Below, piece by piece: positions 1 through 14,232 of a DNA stretch of 64,000 nucleotides. The notes under the pieces were generated by a model. That model saw only the letters and a list, made by a program, of their open reading frames with translations. It had not been told where the DNA came from and ran no database searches. The stretch is from assembly GCA_964019335.1 (NCBI GenBank), contig OZ025711.1:62001-126000 (forward strand). The letters are read 5' to 3'. Position 1 is the stretch's first letter. Every line of letters begins with the position of its first letter. This DNA comes from Diplonema japonicum. Taxonomy: Eukaryota > Protista > Euglenozoa: Diplonemea. A program made the position numbers and the translations under genes.

Positions 1-1
1 T

Positions 2-3000
2 GGTGAACATCACCACGGCACTGCCATAGGTGAACGTGTCTCCATTGAACGTGTGAAGAGGTGTCCTGTCCTGCGGAGACGACAGCTGCAGCCCATCTGT
101 CGACCAGAGCAATGTGTTGCCATCGTACTTCCATGCCAGCTCCGCTCTTGTATTGTCATGCACCGTGAAGTTCCTTGCCACCCCATCAGAAAAGGAGATC
201 GTCAGCTGTACACCATCTGCAAGCATCGACCTCGTCACCCTGAACCTGCCTGGCTCTACCTCTACGGCAGGGTCTATATCTACGGAAATAGTTGTCCTTT
301 CGATGAGATGCAGGGGGATGTTGTCCATAGACAACACTGACACGGTTGCAGTGGTGTTGCACCAACCGAGGCCTTCTCCATAAAAAGCGAATGTGACAGT
401 GTCATTGTGGATAGGTTTGCCAGCTTTGGTGGCTACTAGCTGTATGTTGGACACAGTGCTTTTGCCCTTTGTCACAGGTACCTTGAGCACGGCAAAAACG
501 CTGCTACCAGCCACTCCATACCCGCTGTCCACCAGCTGGGAAAGGTGCAAGTCCACAACGGCATCCTGCCGAACAAGGATTGTCGGGTTAGGGATGGACA
601 CGAGGGTGACAAAGAAGGAAAAGAACAGCGACGTTGTCGAAGTGATTGGAAAGATAGCGACCTCCGGTTGGCAGGAAATGCGAACAGGGTCAGAAGTAAG
701 GTTGAAGGCAAGCTCCCCAGGCCCTGCCCCATTGGTATTAAAAAAATGCGCCACACAACCTGCGCAAGGGCGGTTCGTGCGGAGGGTGAATGTACTGCTG
801 TAGTATCCAGGCACACAGGGGGCGCTTAGGACACATGCGAAGTCTCTAGTGTCGTCTGGCAGAATGTACACATCGTCGCGTTCCAGAGTGCCGTACACCA
901 TGCTGTGGGAGTACTCGTCAACGAACCACTCCCCTTCGATTAGGTCCCCTGCCTCTATGGTTACATCGACTCCTTCGTCGATACGCGCCGTCGTTCCAGT
1001 CGGTGCATACGCTCTGATCTGTGTCCCCTCCACTCTGACGGTTGTCGTGACAGTCAATGCGAGTGAGGTTTTCAGCGGCTTTTCCAAAACCCATGTCAGC
1101 AAGCACCCGACGCCCCGAGCGCAACCCCTGTTGTTAAGCATCCTGAACTCCACGTAATAACACCCAGATGCGGGATCGCTGCTGAACGGCGACGAGGCCA
1201 GCACGCCACCGGTGGCGTTCAGTATCGCATTTTGCAAAGGCGCAACACCACGCACGGTCCACTGGCTTAAAATGTCTGGCGGGAAGATGCGGTCACCTGT
1301 GCTCGTGTAGGCTTTGATAACAAAACGGTACATTTTACCCGCTTTAAGATAACTCACATCAAGTGCAGGAGTCCATGTGGTGGAGCCGCCTCCATCAGGG
1401 ACGGGGACATAACTGTCGAAGACAGCATGGGATAAGTCTCTGCGGGCAACAGCTATGCTGAAGTTCATCGTCAGACCACTGAAAGCAACGCTGAGGGAAA
1501 CACGCGACTCGTCATAACCTACATTCAACCGGGGAACTAGGATGTACACCACACGCCCACCGACCTCATACGAAGCCTGCAGGAAGGGGAGCACTGTGTT
1601 GCTTGCAATGCCCATAGATCGTGAAGGCGTGACGATAAGCTCCCCAAGGGGGGCGTACTCCCTCACACCATTCACATATGTCTCTATCAGCACTCTGCAT
1701 TCTGTGTTGTGCACGCACTGCGTTGTTGTCAGCCTCACTTCATTGGGCGGCCTTGTGTCGATGCCCAACCATTGCGGCTTGCTTGAAATCACGGTACCGC
1801 TCGCCAGCACCGTGCGAAAGAGAAACCCACATCCGCCAGATGGGCATCTTGACGTGTACTTGATGTGGTACCGCACGCTGCCGTCTCGTAGGAACTGAGA
1901 GAGCCCTGATGGGTCCCAAGCAAAGTCAGATGAATTGTCGGCATGGCATCCTGTACTTTCTGCTATGTTGCTGATGTCGAAGCTTGTGTCACTTGAAGGC
2001 GCTGTAGTGATGCAGAGACTATCCAGACACTTTTCAACGGTAACAGGGTTCCTTTGCTCCCCTGTCACTCTGACCCCGTTCCTTCCCAGCATGACATCAT
2101 AGATCACCACAGTACCTGAGGCGACCGTCCCTTGGGTGTTGCGGGTCACTAGAAGCTGCGTGCCAAGGGAGACCGATGAGTCGCGCCAGTAGGACGTCCC
2201 GCCGCCACTCCGCACATCAATATCCCTGTTGAACAGCTGATAGGTTAGTCCCCTTCGGAGGAGGTGACCTTGAGTGAAGCCTAAAGCATCACCTGCCTTG
2301 TACACACAAATCTTAAAGTCGTCGCCCCCGTCCACGCCTGCAGGGGGCAGTGCCAGAGCAGGTTCGGTTTTGATCACCGCAATTGTTTCATTTCCCAGGC
2401 TTGTCGTTCTGTACCAGTCAGGTGGTCCTCGGGCTGTACCCAGTGGCCCGCTGGAAGGTACTTTACACACTTCATTACTTCTGACCACTGACACCAAGTC
2501 CGATGCATAACCTGTGTCCCCTGCTTTGTTCATCTCAGCACAGTCCAGCCCTGCAACACCGCCCACACCTTTGCACCATGTCGACATAGGCACGCCTGCA
2601 CCGTCCCGGCCCTCCATCGAGTAGAGGTCGTAGACAGTGATGTTTGTCTTACCAGAGACAACCATCTCCAAACGAGAGGGCTGGGTTACGATTGCTTCAT
2701 CTCCCTCGTCTGCTTGCAGCCATAGCCACGCACTTGTTGCCGTCTTATAGCATAAGATATAGGCCCCTGTGTCCATCGGGGTTTGGAACAAGATGCTGAC
2801 GTCACCCGCACCAGAGATGTTACTAACAGACGGGCAGAGACCCAAGGCAGGACTGCAGGACTGCTCGTTTCCAGCAGAGATGACACCTGGGTTATGACAG
2901 CTACGAGGGTGGACAGACCAGGTAGAGGTGTCCTGCCATGTGAGGGCGGTGGCTTCAGACACACGAACCAGTTTAAAAGTATTGTGCGAACCGATCACAG

Positions 3001-5253
3001 AGGTGAGGGAAGCTGTGGTGGGGTATAACCTAACAAGGAAGCCGTAGCTGGGGATTGATGAGGGGTGGCTCGTGTCTGGGGCGGAGACGAACTGGGTTGT
3101 GCCACCGGAAGAGAGCACGACATGGCTGGGCGACGTCACCAATACTGTCAAGGGACGCAGTTCAGTGCGGATCCTCCATCCTGAGAGGAGAGCAGGCCTC
3201 GTGATGAATTTGCTCTTTCCTTCAGCGTCGGTGATTTGCGTCCCTAGCGCAGGGTGTTGATTGGCTTCCACCCAAACTCTGCCTTTGTTGGGGAAGACAG
3301 TTTTCACGCATATCTTGTACACAGCAACTAGATCGTCGGCTGTCCTTGGCAGGGCCACGGTGAACGTTGCCGCTACAGCGGGTCCGTCACTAGGACCCAG
3401 ATCTGTTGTGAAGAGGCGGTGTTCTCTACCAACGTGTTGGGCCTCAACATCACCACATTGCTGTGTCCAATTGAGGACTTTCACTATGTCAGTGTCAGGG
3501 CTTGTGTCGAAGAGGTTTCCCGAAAGCCTCTCAGTGCAATTCGTGGCCGTTACATCACAGCGCAAGAGCTGCACAGACAGCATGCCTTGATTCACAGGTG
3601 TGTTGTGCTCGTCCACGTACCATCGGACACTGTTGTCCATAACGAGATATGAGTACGGTCGTGTGGGGCTGTGTCTGTACCAAGACATGCTGTCGTCGCC
3701 TTGTCCATTAACACGCACCTGTACACACAGGATGTACTCTCCTTCCACTAGAGGTACTGGTAAATAAAAATTTGCATATTCGTCGGCTTTCCCCCTCCGT
3801 GCATGCGTCGTGTACGCGCCCCACTCAGAAGCCTCTCCGCCGCTAGGAGCCTTCAAACAATTGTCATTATCCCACCCTTCCACCTTTACCAGCTTTGCAT
3901 GGAACTTCCATATCTCGCTATACTTGAAGGAGTGTAGTTTGACTTCGAAGAGCTGCAGCTCACCAGCAAGCAATGGAGTGCTGTACGGGCTCGTGACAGC
4001 GAAAGTAGGCTGTCGCACAGTCAAGGTTGCGTTGAGGGTGATCCAATTCCAGCTTGCGAACTGCTTGTAGCACAGCCTGTAGGAGTTAGAGCTCCCCGCC
4101 GCAGGGTTGTAGTCGGGGAGGTTCAAGACTGCTGCCACCCCGCGCACGCTGAACTGGGTCGAGTCGAAGGGGACGATGTCGTCGTAGAGACGCGGTGCCG
4201 ACGCCGCCACCGCCGACAGCAGCGACTCCGCCCACACCGCCGACAGCCCGTCGGAACACGGCCGCCGCCGCAGCCCGCTCCCACCCTCATCCTCGCAGTA
4301 CAGGGACAGGTGCGTGTCCCCCGTTCGCTCGTTCCAGTTCTGAGGGTTCACATCGCATGTGTGGCGCTTCCGACGTTGCTGTGGGAGGAGGAGGTGGTGG
4401 TGGTCTGTGGTTCCTTCTTCTTCTTTTTCTTCTTCTTCTTCGGGGACGATTCGGAACACGTCAGCAGAGGAGCTGCAACCTCCTTCGCAGAGAGACCGCC
4501 TCCCTACAGACCCAGAGAAGCCCTCGTCCAAGAGGAGGAACAATGCCTCCATCCCACCCCGTTCCTCTTCGAAGGTGACGGAGAGAGACGAAAGGGCGTC
4601 TCCTGTGATTGAGAGGTACACCTCCCCTCCTTCCTGCCGAACTTCGCCACCACTCTCCCACCCGGACCGCTGCAGCGCATTCTCGTTCGCGTTGTCCCCG
4701 CCTCCCTCCAACACGTAGCCGCTGTGCGGGGCCACCTCCGCGGGGCCCACAACCCTCCAGTTCCACCCCCGCGCTCGATGGCACACCCTGTACAGCCCTT
4801 TTGAGGGGAGCTCCAAGTAGTAGGCCACAGAGTTCGTCCCCGGGCTGTCCCTCCCGGACCCAGCACACACAGCCTCGTCTGTTCCCGCCGACGCGCTGTC
4901 GCACTCCACCTCGCCTCCGTTTCGATTCTCCGTCCCGAGACCCCGCCTCAGTCGAGCTGCCCTCCCCTTTGCTGCATCTTCCTCATCCTCTTCCCATGCC
5001 TCCAGGCTCTCTCCAGTCGCCGCCTCGAAGTAGACGGAGTCGCAGGGATGCCCTGCCCTCACAAGCCTCACAGCACTCCCGTTCGTGTTCTCCACCCTGT
5101 CTTGCAAACCGTACGCACGCTGCAGGTTCCACTCCCTCGAGTCCAAGAGACCCCCTTCAGGGGTGCGGTTCCTCGTCTCCACAATGAGGGGACCGTAGGT
5201 GTTCGTCCTCGTGTCGTTCATGTACCACTGCAGGTACCCTGGTGAGTACAACG

Positions 5254-5307
<54 letters not shown>

Positions 5308-7663
5308 GGTGTTGTTGTGCCGCAGAAAGAGAAGAGGACTGGATTGCTTCGGCAAGAAAAGGAAGAGGCCACAAGACCCCGTTCAGCTGGGTAGCTGCCT
5401 GCAGGGAACGGGGGCTTCCTCCCGTCGTGAGGAGGTGGAGCCATTTTGTAGGGACGCCTGCAGTGTGAAGGGATCCCTCCCCGTGCCACAGAAGCACCCG
5501 GAGCCCACTGTTCCGCTCACAAGGCGACGCCACCCACTGACAGCTGCGGTAGTAGCAGACGTGCCACTCTGTGTCCTCCTCAGGGACCCACAGAGGGGAG
5601 AAGCTTGTCGTCACCCTGTCCTGGTCCCCCTCCCTCCTCTCCTCCGCCCCAGCTCTCAACACCAGCGTGGGGTCCCTCCCGAGGTCTGCACTCCCGGAAG
5701 GGTACTCCGCCCCCTCCTCAGCAAAACCGCCGTGTCGACCACTGTGTGCTGTCCCATCCCCGCGACCCGTCCCCTCGTCCAACCCTGTGAACCAGCACCC
5801 GACAGAAGGAAAGGACCCGAGGACTGTCTTCCGGGAGCTCCTGTAGTTCGCAGTCACCTCCTCCGCGTTCTCCCCAAAGTGTCGCCTCGGAACGATGCGG
5901 AAGAAGTCACCACCTTGTTGTTGTTGTTGTTGTTGCTGGTGCTGGGCGGCTGCCACCTCCTCGTCTCCTGCTGAGATCCAGTACGCCTTCGCGGTGACGT
6001 TCCCCTTCAGAGGCCGCCTGGACAGGATCGAGAGGCTGCTCACAGGGCGCCTGCTCAGCGAGCCCCTCCCGCCGTCGTCGAACACCATGGTGCCCCACGT
6101 CCCAGGGGTGAGATCGAACATCGACCACCCCAGTTCCTCCCGCTCCACGCGGAACACCGTCCCCAGAGGATCCTCCGTCTCGCAGTGCCGTGCGTTCCCG
6201 CACCGTGCCAGCTTTCGCCACACGGGTATCGATTCCACAGACTGGTTCATCCCCCGAAGCCCCCTTCTCTCCTCCAGAGAGGAGAAGCACACTTCGTATT
6301 CATCATTCATCATGTTGTTGTTGTCGTTGTTGTTGTTGCTGCTCGGCACAATGGGAAGCCTGACGTAGACAAAGGCCTCCTTCACGGGGGCAGAGTAGGT
6401 CCCAAAGGAAGCAGACGAGGCGAAGGAGGGAACGGGTTCGGGCCTGTAAACCCCTGGCTCCGACCACCTGTCCACCAGCGGATTCGAGAAGCGAGTCCCG
6501 AACAGCCCCACCCCTCCTGCCGTCGCTCCTTCCCGCAGTCCGTCCACAGCCGCCACCCCCCAGCTCCCATCCGCCTCGACGTGTCGGCTGCCGTAGTACG
6601 TGCGCTTGTCCCCCAGCTCCCTCTCCGCGGTGCACCCCTGGCCTTTTCGCACCAGCTTCAAGTTGTCCCCGAACCCACACCACCACAGAGCCTCCCTCCC
6701 GCTCCCCTTCCCGCACCTCAGCGACGCCGCGTACGTGAAGTTCCACCCCTCTGTCCCTAGCAGCTGCACCACTGCGTACTGACCCGATGTGGGTGTTGGG
6801 ATGCGGTACCACGTGTAGCTTGCCTGCGACCTTTGCACGACGGTGCCACCTATTTCGAGAAACTGCCAGTGCTGGAAAGGAGGGTTCGCAATGCCAAGCC
6901 CCTCGTCGATGGTGTGCTTGTAGCACACGGCGTAGTCGAGCGTGTGGTGCGGCGCAGCCACGGTGAAGTGCACCGTGGAGAGGTAGGCAGGGTCTTCGAT
7001 GTGGTCGTCATGCCCCACACCTGAGGTGCCCTGCGCATAGGAGGCAAGGTCGCAGGTGAAGACAGCACCGGGTGGTGCCACCACGACCTTGAAGCGTGCG
7101 GTGGCATTCAGGAAGCGGACGGGGGCGGCACCGAAGAGAAGGGACACCGTGAAGCGCACCTCCTGCCCGGCGACGTAGCTGGAGGGCGACACGGAGGCCG
7201 TGACGTTGCTGAAGAAATTGTGGGTAGCACTCAAGGTCGAGGATGAGGTCGACGACTTGCTATAAGACAACGTCGCAGAAGCAGAGAACGAAAGCGTGTC
7301 AGAAAAGGTCCCTGTGGGCACAGAAAGGGTAACACTCTCTGTTAGGGAGAAGGTGCTAGTCCAAGAAGTGGTTGGAAGGGTAACGGTGGTAGTATCGGAC
7401 ACAGTAGGTAAGGTTACTGTTACACTGCTCGTCGGCAGTGACAGGCTGGAGGATGCTGTCACAGTGCCTAGTGACACCGATTCAGATACAGTAGGCAGGC
7501 TTAATGAATAGCTCCCTGTACTGGTAGGCACTGTGATAGATGTTGTCAAGGTCCCCACAGTCACGCTCAGGGAGTCGCTTAAAGTATCCGTTGTTGTCGC
7601 CGTCCCCCCCTCTACCCCTGCAGCCTGTGTTGCTACCAGAGAGATAAGGGCTGTCTTCCACAT
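2..7663 (-). CDS. Giant secreted/surface protein, >2550 aa, 3' end outside window
   Basis: ATG at 7663 (MWKTALISLVATQAAG, signal-peptide-like), then a Ser/Thr-rich stalk and recurring Cys motifs (DYAVCYK, YEVCFS, SYRLCYK, EYILCVQ, VYKICVK, DFKICVY). The same frame is open wherever I spot-checked it, down to position 2. It is probably absent from the ORF track because it has no stop in the window. Confidence 0.8.
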
Positions 7664-8919
7664 TTTTCCATTTTTTGTAGGGGGGGGCCTGATTGAAAGG
7701 TTGAGTAGAAAAAGAAATAAGAAGGAAAAAAAAAATAAGGAAGAATAAAATAAAATATGGAAAAAAAAGAGAAAAAAAAAAGGGCTGGTGTGTGATGCAT
7801 GAAGTGAAATATAAGGGATAATAATAATAGGAAGAAGAAAAAAAAAAAACAATAATATATATATATATTTTTTTTTTCTCCTTGCTTTTTTTTTTTCTCT
7901 TCTCATTCTCTCTTGCGTGTAAATTTAAAGGAAATCATTGAAGGGAGCCTGCAGATATCTCATCTAAAAAAAGAATTTGGGGAGGGAAGGGAGTAAGTTT
8001 CGCCCTTTTGTTATTTTGAGTCACCCCCCCTGCTGTAGTCCTTAAAGGGGAAGTAATGCACTTCCGGATACTTGAGGTCTCTGGTGAAGGAGGAGAAAAA
8101 AAAAAAAAACTGAGAGAAGAAAAAAAAGTGTCTTTGAAGGGAACCTGCAGTATGTGACAGAAAAAAAAGGAGGGTTTTTTTCTTTTTTTGTTTCCCCCCT
8201 TCTTCCCCCTTTGTATCAATTAGAGCCTCTCCAAAGGCTTGCTCCCGCTCCCTAAGTGCTCGACAAAAAATTGCTGCAAAAAAAGTATTTTTTTTTTTCT
8301 AAAGAAAAACTTTGCTTACTTATAAAATACGGTAAAAAAAAAATAGAGAGGGAGTGAGAGAGGCAATGCAGATTGTATGAAAAATAAAATGAAAAGCCAC
8401 CTTTGGGGGGGGGGGGGGGGGTTTGTTCTTTTAACCTTTACCCCACCCCCAACCTTTAATTTTTCGGTCCTACGCCCTAATCTTAGAAAAGATTAAGTAG
8501 GAATGTTAAAGATAGTTGGGGAAAGAAAAAAAAGGAGGTAAGGAGAGGGGGGGAAAGAATGCCTACACGGGATTAAGAACAGCCCGAAATAGGGAAGTAC
8601 ATTTTAGAGTGGAAAAAATAAAACCACTTTTTTTTTCTCCTTCTTGTCGAAAGCGAAAATCTTCACCCCGAAGTTTGGTGACTTTTGGTCATTTACTTTC
8701 TTTTTTTTTTTTTAGACCTGTCTTTCAAATGCTTTCCCTGTCTCAAGGGTGGTTTTTTTTTTCGCTCATCTTTTTTTGTCCTTGTTCTTTAATAACTCGC
8801 TTAAAAAAAAAAAAAAAAAATGTATAACACAAATCTCAGCCTTTTCTTTTTTAAGACCTTCCGGCCCCCTGTTTTGGTTTCCTTCTTTTTTTCTTTGAAA
8901 AAAATTGTCAAAAAAAGGG

Positions 8920-9330
8920 GGGGGGGGGAACTAAAGCTAAAACTTTTCTCTTTTTTCTCTTTTTTTTACTCACTCTGTTTCTTTACTTTTTTTTTCTGGC
9001 TGTTAAAAAAAAGGGGGGGACAGAAAAAAAAAGCTCTTTTCTTAGCTGCGGTGCACGTTGTTCTCCCTTCTCGTTTCTCTCCTTTTTTTTTCCACTGCTT
9101 CTTGGGCTGGGGGGGGGGGGGGGGGACTAAAGCTAAAACTTTCTTTTTTTTTTACTCACTCTGTTTCTTTACTTTTTTTTTCTCCTAGTTCCCCACCCTA
9201 CGAGTACTTATTGGCTGTTAAAAAAAAAGGAAAAAAAAAAAAAAAAGCTCTTCTTAACCGCAGTGCACGTTGTTCCCCCTTCTCGTGTCTCTTCTCCTTT
9301 CTTTTTCCACTGCTTCTTGGGCTAGGGGGG
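8920..9330. repeat. Imperfect ~200-bp direct tandem duplication
   Basis: Blocks ACTAAAGCTAAAACTTT, TTACTCACTCTGTTTCTTTAC, GTGCACGTTGTTC and CCACTGCTTCTTGGGCT each occur twice in the same order. Confidence 0.8.
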
Positions 9331-9482
9331 GGAGATCAGGCATGTTATTGGGTTGATCTATATTTTTCTCTTCTCCCTCCCTTTCTTGTTGGTATAGGAA
9401 CAGAACCAAAAAAAAAAAAAAAAAAAAAAAAAAAACTATTCTTTTAAGGTATGCGTTTTTGCGCTCACCGGCCGCGCTGTTC

Positions 9483-9958
9483 TTAGTCCCCGTTGTCCCC
9501 GTTCTGGGGGCTCTGGCGGGTTCCTACTGCGGTGGTAAAACTGCGGGGCAGCCTTGTCGGGGTCTGCAACAGGTACGTGTCACGCAAGCCTTCGATGCTG
9601 CTCATGGTTCGCTCCGGGAGTACTGGCCTCCTGTCATACCCGTGTGTGGTCGGTCCTCCTATACAGCGCAGGGAGTTGACGCGATCCACTCGCGCTGCTG
9701 GGAACGCCGTCCTTCTGCCATCAGCGTGGTACAGGTCCTGGACACGTCTCAGCACATACCTCAGCCTCCTTGCCTTGACGCCCAGGTCCTCCACCTTGCC
9801 CACTTCCCCGCCGTCGTCTAGCGGCAAAAAAAAAAAAACCCCTTTCAGCAGCAATGAGCAAAACAGAAAAAAAAATCGAGGGGGAAAAGAAAAATCTTTA
9901 TGACTATATGTTTTTGTTGTTCGCATGTGCAAAAAAAAGGTTTTTAAAAGACTGCGAA

Positions 9959-9994
<36 letters not shown>

Positions 9995-10173
9995 CGGCAC
10001 AAGTTGGCATATTAAAATCTTTTTTTTTTGAAAGATAAATATTTGTAAGAAAAAAAAAAGAAAAAAAAAAGCACACATAATTACAACAGGGATTTTTTTT
10101 TATCATTCAAAAAAAGGAAAAATTTGAAAAAAAAAAAAAAAGTACCTAACCTTCTCCTGCTTTCCGTCTTCAT
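9483..10173 (-). CDS. Small hypothetical protein (~120 aa, 2 exons: 10173-10146, 9817-9483)
   Basis: U-rich tract and AG just before the ATG. GT-AG intron 9818-10145 joins MKTESRRRL to DDGGEVGKVEDLG... in frame; total 363 nt. Confidence 0.5.
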
Positions 10174-10218
10174 ATCTACACAAACAAACAAAAAAAAAAC
10201 AAAAAAAAAAACCTTCCT

Positions 10219-10991
10219 CTACCAATCTTCATGTTCCTGCCAGAAGTACTTATTTTGCTCAGTGAGTTCTGTGGCGTGCGCCATACTGGGGAGGAATTCC
10301 GCCTGGTTTTTTTTTTTTTTTTTTTTTTTTAAATAAATCACACCATGCATTCGAACAACGGCACAACAATATAATTCATAAAGGCAGTCTGCCCCTTTGA
10401 CATCACTGTTGTGTACCGGTCCATGAAAGGCGACACCGCGAGTCCCATGAGCCGCTCCCTGTCGCCTTGCATCGAAAACTCGTCAGCAAGCTGATGACAC
10501 CAACCATGGTACAGCTTCTGGGGCCTCCCACAGTTTGAAATATCAGCCATCTTAACGGCCATGGTCAGTGCCAGCTTAAGGTCCTCTCCAGATGTCATTT
10601 TTGACGAAACCTCAAGTTTCTTTTTGAAGCGTGTGAGGATCTGAGCGTGGAGGCCCATGTCCGTCCCCAACACAAGGTCCACTATCACTTCACGGAGCTC
10701 TGTTCGCTTTGCGGGTTCGAACACTGATAGAATCTGTTTTTTTTTTTTTTTTTTTTTTTTTTTTTCTTCTTGCATACGTTGAACCTGTCCAGCCTCATCA
10801 GCTCGAAGACGCTACTTGTGTGGATGTTCTCGTTGACACTGCGGTCATTGAACAGGACCGCCAGGTAGTTCTGTGTCTTGACATGGAACGCATTGTTGAT
10901 CCCCGGGTGGTTGTAGTCATGGACACATGCGGCAAACAGCGTGCAGAAGACGTCCTCATCGCTAACTTTACACTAGATAGGGGTTATTAGA

Positions 10992-11022
<31 letters not shown>

Positions 11023-14000
11023 AGGGGAGGGAAACCTTCTCGATGAGCTTTCCCTTGTTCAAAATATAGTGGCTCACGTGCAACACATCCGCTGCATGCA
11101 TGCTGTTATGATAAGGGTTTGGGTGGTACCCTGCCTCCACAATCGACAGCCAGTTGATCACGGTCTTCTCGTTGAGACCCAATTTTCGCATGAAACCGTA
11201 CTGTAAATGATAAAATGATAATTACAATTTTTTTTTTTTTTCTTCTTTAAAATTTTATTTTTACCTTATAGAAAAGCGCATAGCAGGTGAGGAAGAGCGA
11301 CCCGCCGTTAGGCTGGTGAACCAGCCCCTCGTGTGTGTAGGATCCGGACATTTCCTTCTGCAGAGAGAACACATCGTAGTCCCACTCGTCGATGTCCTGA
11401 AGGAGCTTCCATATCGCAAGCCGCTTCTCGTTTTCAAGGTTTGCAGTAACCTGAGCGAACTCGGAGGCTGTGTAGGGGCGGATCACGTTTGCAAAAATGT
11501 GCTTCTCCTCATCGTGCTCCACACCCTCCTCCCAAGGGTCGTACGCAGATTTTACGATTTTGAAGATTTCCTCATCAATGTCTCTGCAGTCGGGTACCAC
11601 GGCTACCCCCACGGGCATGGGGGCTGCTAGAGGATTCCGCACGCATGCTACGATTTCATCCCCTGTGGTGTCACCCCCTAGTGACACGATTTCTTGTGAG
11701 AGCTTCTGCTCCTCTTTCAATAGGTTCGTTTCCTTTTCCTTGCAGCTGTCGATGCAGTGCCTGCACACCTTGAACTCATCCTCGTAGTTTACCAATACCG
11801 GCCGTATCTTGCCGACAGCCTTCTTGTTCTCCTCCAGCTCGCCATCGATGTCGCGGTCCTTCGTGAAGTTCCTTAGTTTCATAAACGACTGGCATGACTT
11901 CATGAACAGTGCGTATTGGTTCGGCCCTGCCTTCTCGATCTCGAGAGCCTTCCCGCCCAAGTCTAGGACAAGCGTGTGTTCTCCTCTTGAGGAAGCCACG
12001 TCATTGACCAATGCCTCGTTGACGTGCTGCACCATGGCAGGGGCGTCGCCGCCGTACGCCTTCAGCTTCTCCTCGTCAAAGGCAGAGAAGTACATGTCGT
12101 CCTGTGTGACGGCCATTACATAGAACTTCGCCTCGTCGAAGTGCGGCAGCGTTGCCACCACAGCAGACTTGTCCTCGGTTGTGCCGAAGCATTTTGCTTG
12201 TTCCGAGAGACACGTGGCGAAGGGGCCCTTCCCTTGTTCCTTTGCTTGCCTCTCTTCATTCTCTGAAATCCAGTACTTTCTATTCGTGTTTGCAAGGTCC
12301 ATCAGCATCTCGAACTCGGGTAGGATCTGCTGCATGGTCTCCAGCAACGGGAGCACCACGTTGTCGATGACCTGAACCTGGCCCAACGGGAAGTCCTGTC
12401 TGTGTTTGTTTCTGTCTGCCGTCCAGCAGCTGTCCATGAAGGACGACGCTTGGAACCCGTTCGAGATCTCGGTGTCGCCTTGTAAGTAAAACTCCTCCAC
12501 CAAGACCTGCAGCCTTTCCTTGTGTATGCCCTGCTCCCTTGCCCATATAGAGATGTCGGCGCACCTGAGGGCCATCGTCAGAGCTAGTCGCACGTCGTCC
12601 TTCCGAGTCCAGTCGTACAAAGTGAGCTTCTCTTTAAACTCAGCCAGTTTCTCTGCCATGGTTTGCATCTTGGCGTTGGCCTTCATGAAGAGAACCTCCA
12701 CCACAGTGTCGCGCACGTCCTTTAACTGGTCTGCGTCTAGTGTGTGCAAGATGTTGCAGGTGTCGTTCTCAATGAGTTCGAACACATAGGTGAGTCTGTT
12801 CTGCTCCAAGATGAACAGGTCCGAGTAGAGCGTCGATAGGAATTCCTTCCCACGCACCAGGCAGTTGTTGTCAAGGCCTGGGTGGTCAACGTCGACAATG
12901 CCAGCGGAGAGGAAAGACGCCAGGATGTCTTCGGGGTGCATGGTGATCTTCCCGTCCTCTTTGCCCTCAAACTTCCCAAAGCCAAGCGTGCTTATAATAC
13001 AATGCATAGAGAGCATCACCTCTATAGAACGGTTGGTGTTGTGGAAAGGGTTGTTGTTGCAGCCTCTTTCGATGGCGGTCCAGAAATTGGTGAACCTTCC
13101 AACGTCGATGTCAAACTTGGTGATCAAATTGTAGTGTTGAAAGAGCGTGTAAGCAACGTGCGACAAGGGGGTCCCGTTCAGGATCGAAGAGTCAAAGTCC
13201 CAGCTGCCCCATTTTTCCATAGGAAGGGTTTTTACCTCTTCCACGTTTGATGGAGCGCTGCACGCGTACATTTTGTCCAGTTCCGTGATGCCGCCTTCTC
13301 GTATTTGCATGATTTGGGATTTCATTTGCTTCACCTTGTTTTCCAGGTTCTGAACCTTCATCCGGAGATCCCTTGCCTCGACCCTTAATGGGGAGAGCAT
13401 AGCCTCTGTCTCGCCACGCTTCGTTTCAAATGTAAAGATGGTCGACTCGTACGTATTGAGGATCGCTTCCTTCTTCTGTATCTTTGCAGATTCTTCTTCG
13501 CCCACCTTGATCTTCGCTCTGTAGTACGCGACGAAGGGTCGGGATATGAAGGAGAAGTTCGAGGCGGACGTGTCGCCTTGAGGAGAGAGCTCCGCTGTGA
13601 TGGAGGCGGACTTGAGGGAGAATTCAACCTTCGTGCCTTCCTTGGTTATTTTCAAATCACCTTTTGTGATGGAAGTGCTGAAGGCTTTCCAGAACGTAGA
13701 GGCGGTGAGCTTTTCGGCCTTCTTCGCCTTATGTGCTATGATGTCAGCGTCCGACCATGTCACTGCGTGTACCATGCCTGCATCGCTTCGGGTGGCTATT
13801 GTGAGCCCGTGAAGTGAATCTTGAGGTTCACCGAAGGCGCAGACGATGTAGTACTTCTTATCGTCAGCTTTGACCTCTTTGAGGACAGGGTGTGAGAAGT
13901 ATTTTTCCCTGCCGCTTACGATGTCGGGCAGTTGAGCGTGCGCTGTGTCTGCAGGCTTCTTGTCAACGTTGTCGGTGGTCTGTTCCTCCTTGTTGGGTCC

Positions 14001-14132
14001 CGTTTTGTTTCTCTCTGACGGTTTGTCCTCCTTGTTTTTTCGCTCTGTTGCTGCCCCCGCGCCTGGTTCGCCACCTTTCCCAGGAGCGGTGCCAGCTTCC
14101 TTCGGAGCAGGAGTGGATCCCCCACAACCCAT
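10219..14132 (-). CDS. Class I cyclic-nucleotide phosphodiesterase with two PDE domains (first degenerate), ~1233 aa, 5 exons
   Basis: Exons 14132-11265, 11200-11036, 10972-10778, 10733-10344, 10302-10219, all GT-AG and in frame. C-terminal domain has YHNSMHAADV, HDYNHPG, KMADISN, EFSMQGD. N-terminus is MGCGGS. Confidence 0.9.
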
Positions 14133-14232
14133 CGGACCGGGGGGTGGGGATGGCCTGTACATAGTGTATACACGATGAGTAATAACAATAAAAAAAAAAA
14201 TAATTAAAATACTAATTATAATAATAAAAATT

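Noticed and set aside
53-7748. Numerous plus-strand ORFs, including poly-Cys/poly-Leu ones
   Set aside because: Antisense shadows of the giant minus-strand ORF and its CAA microsatellites.
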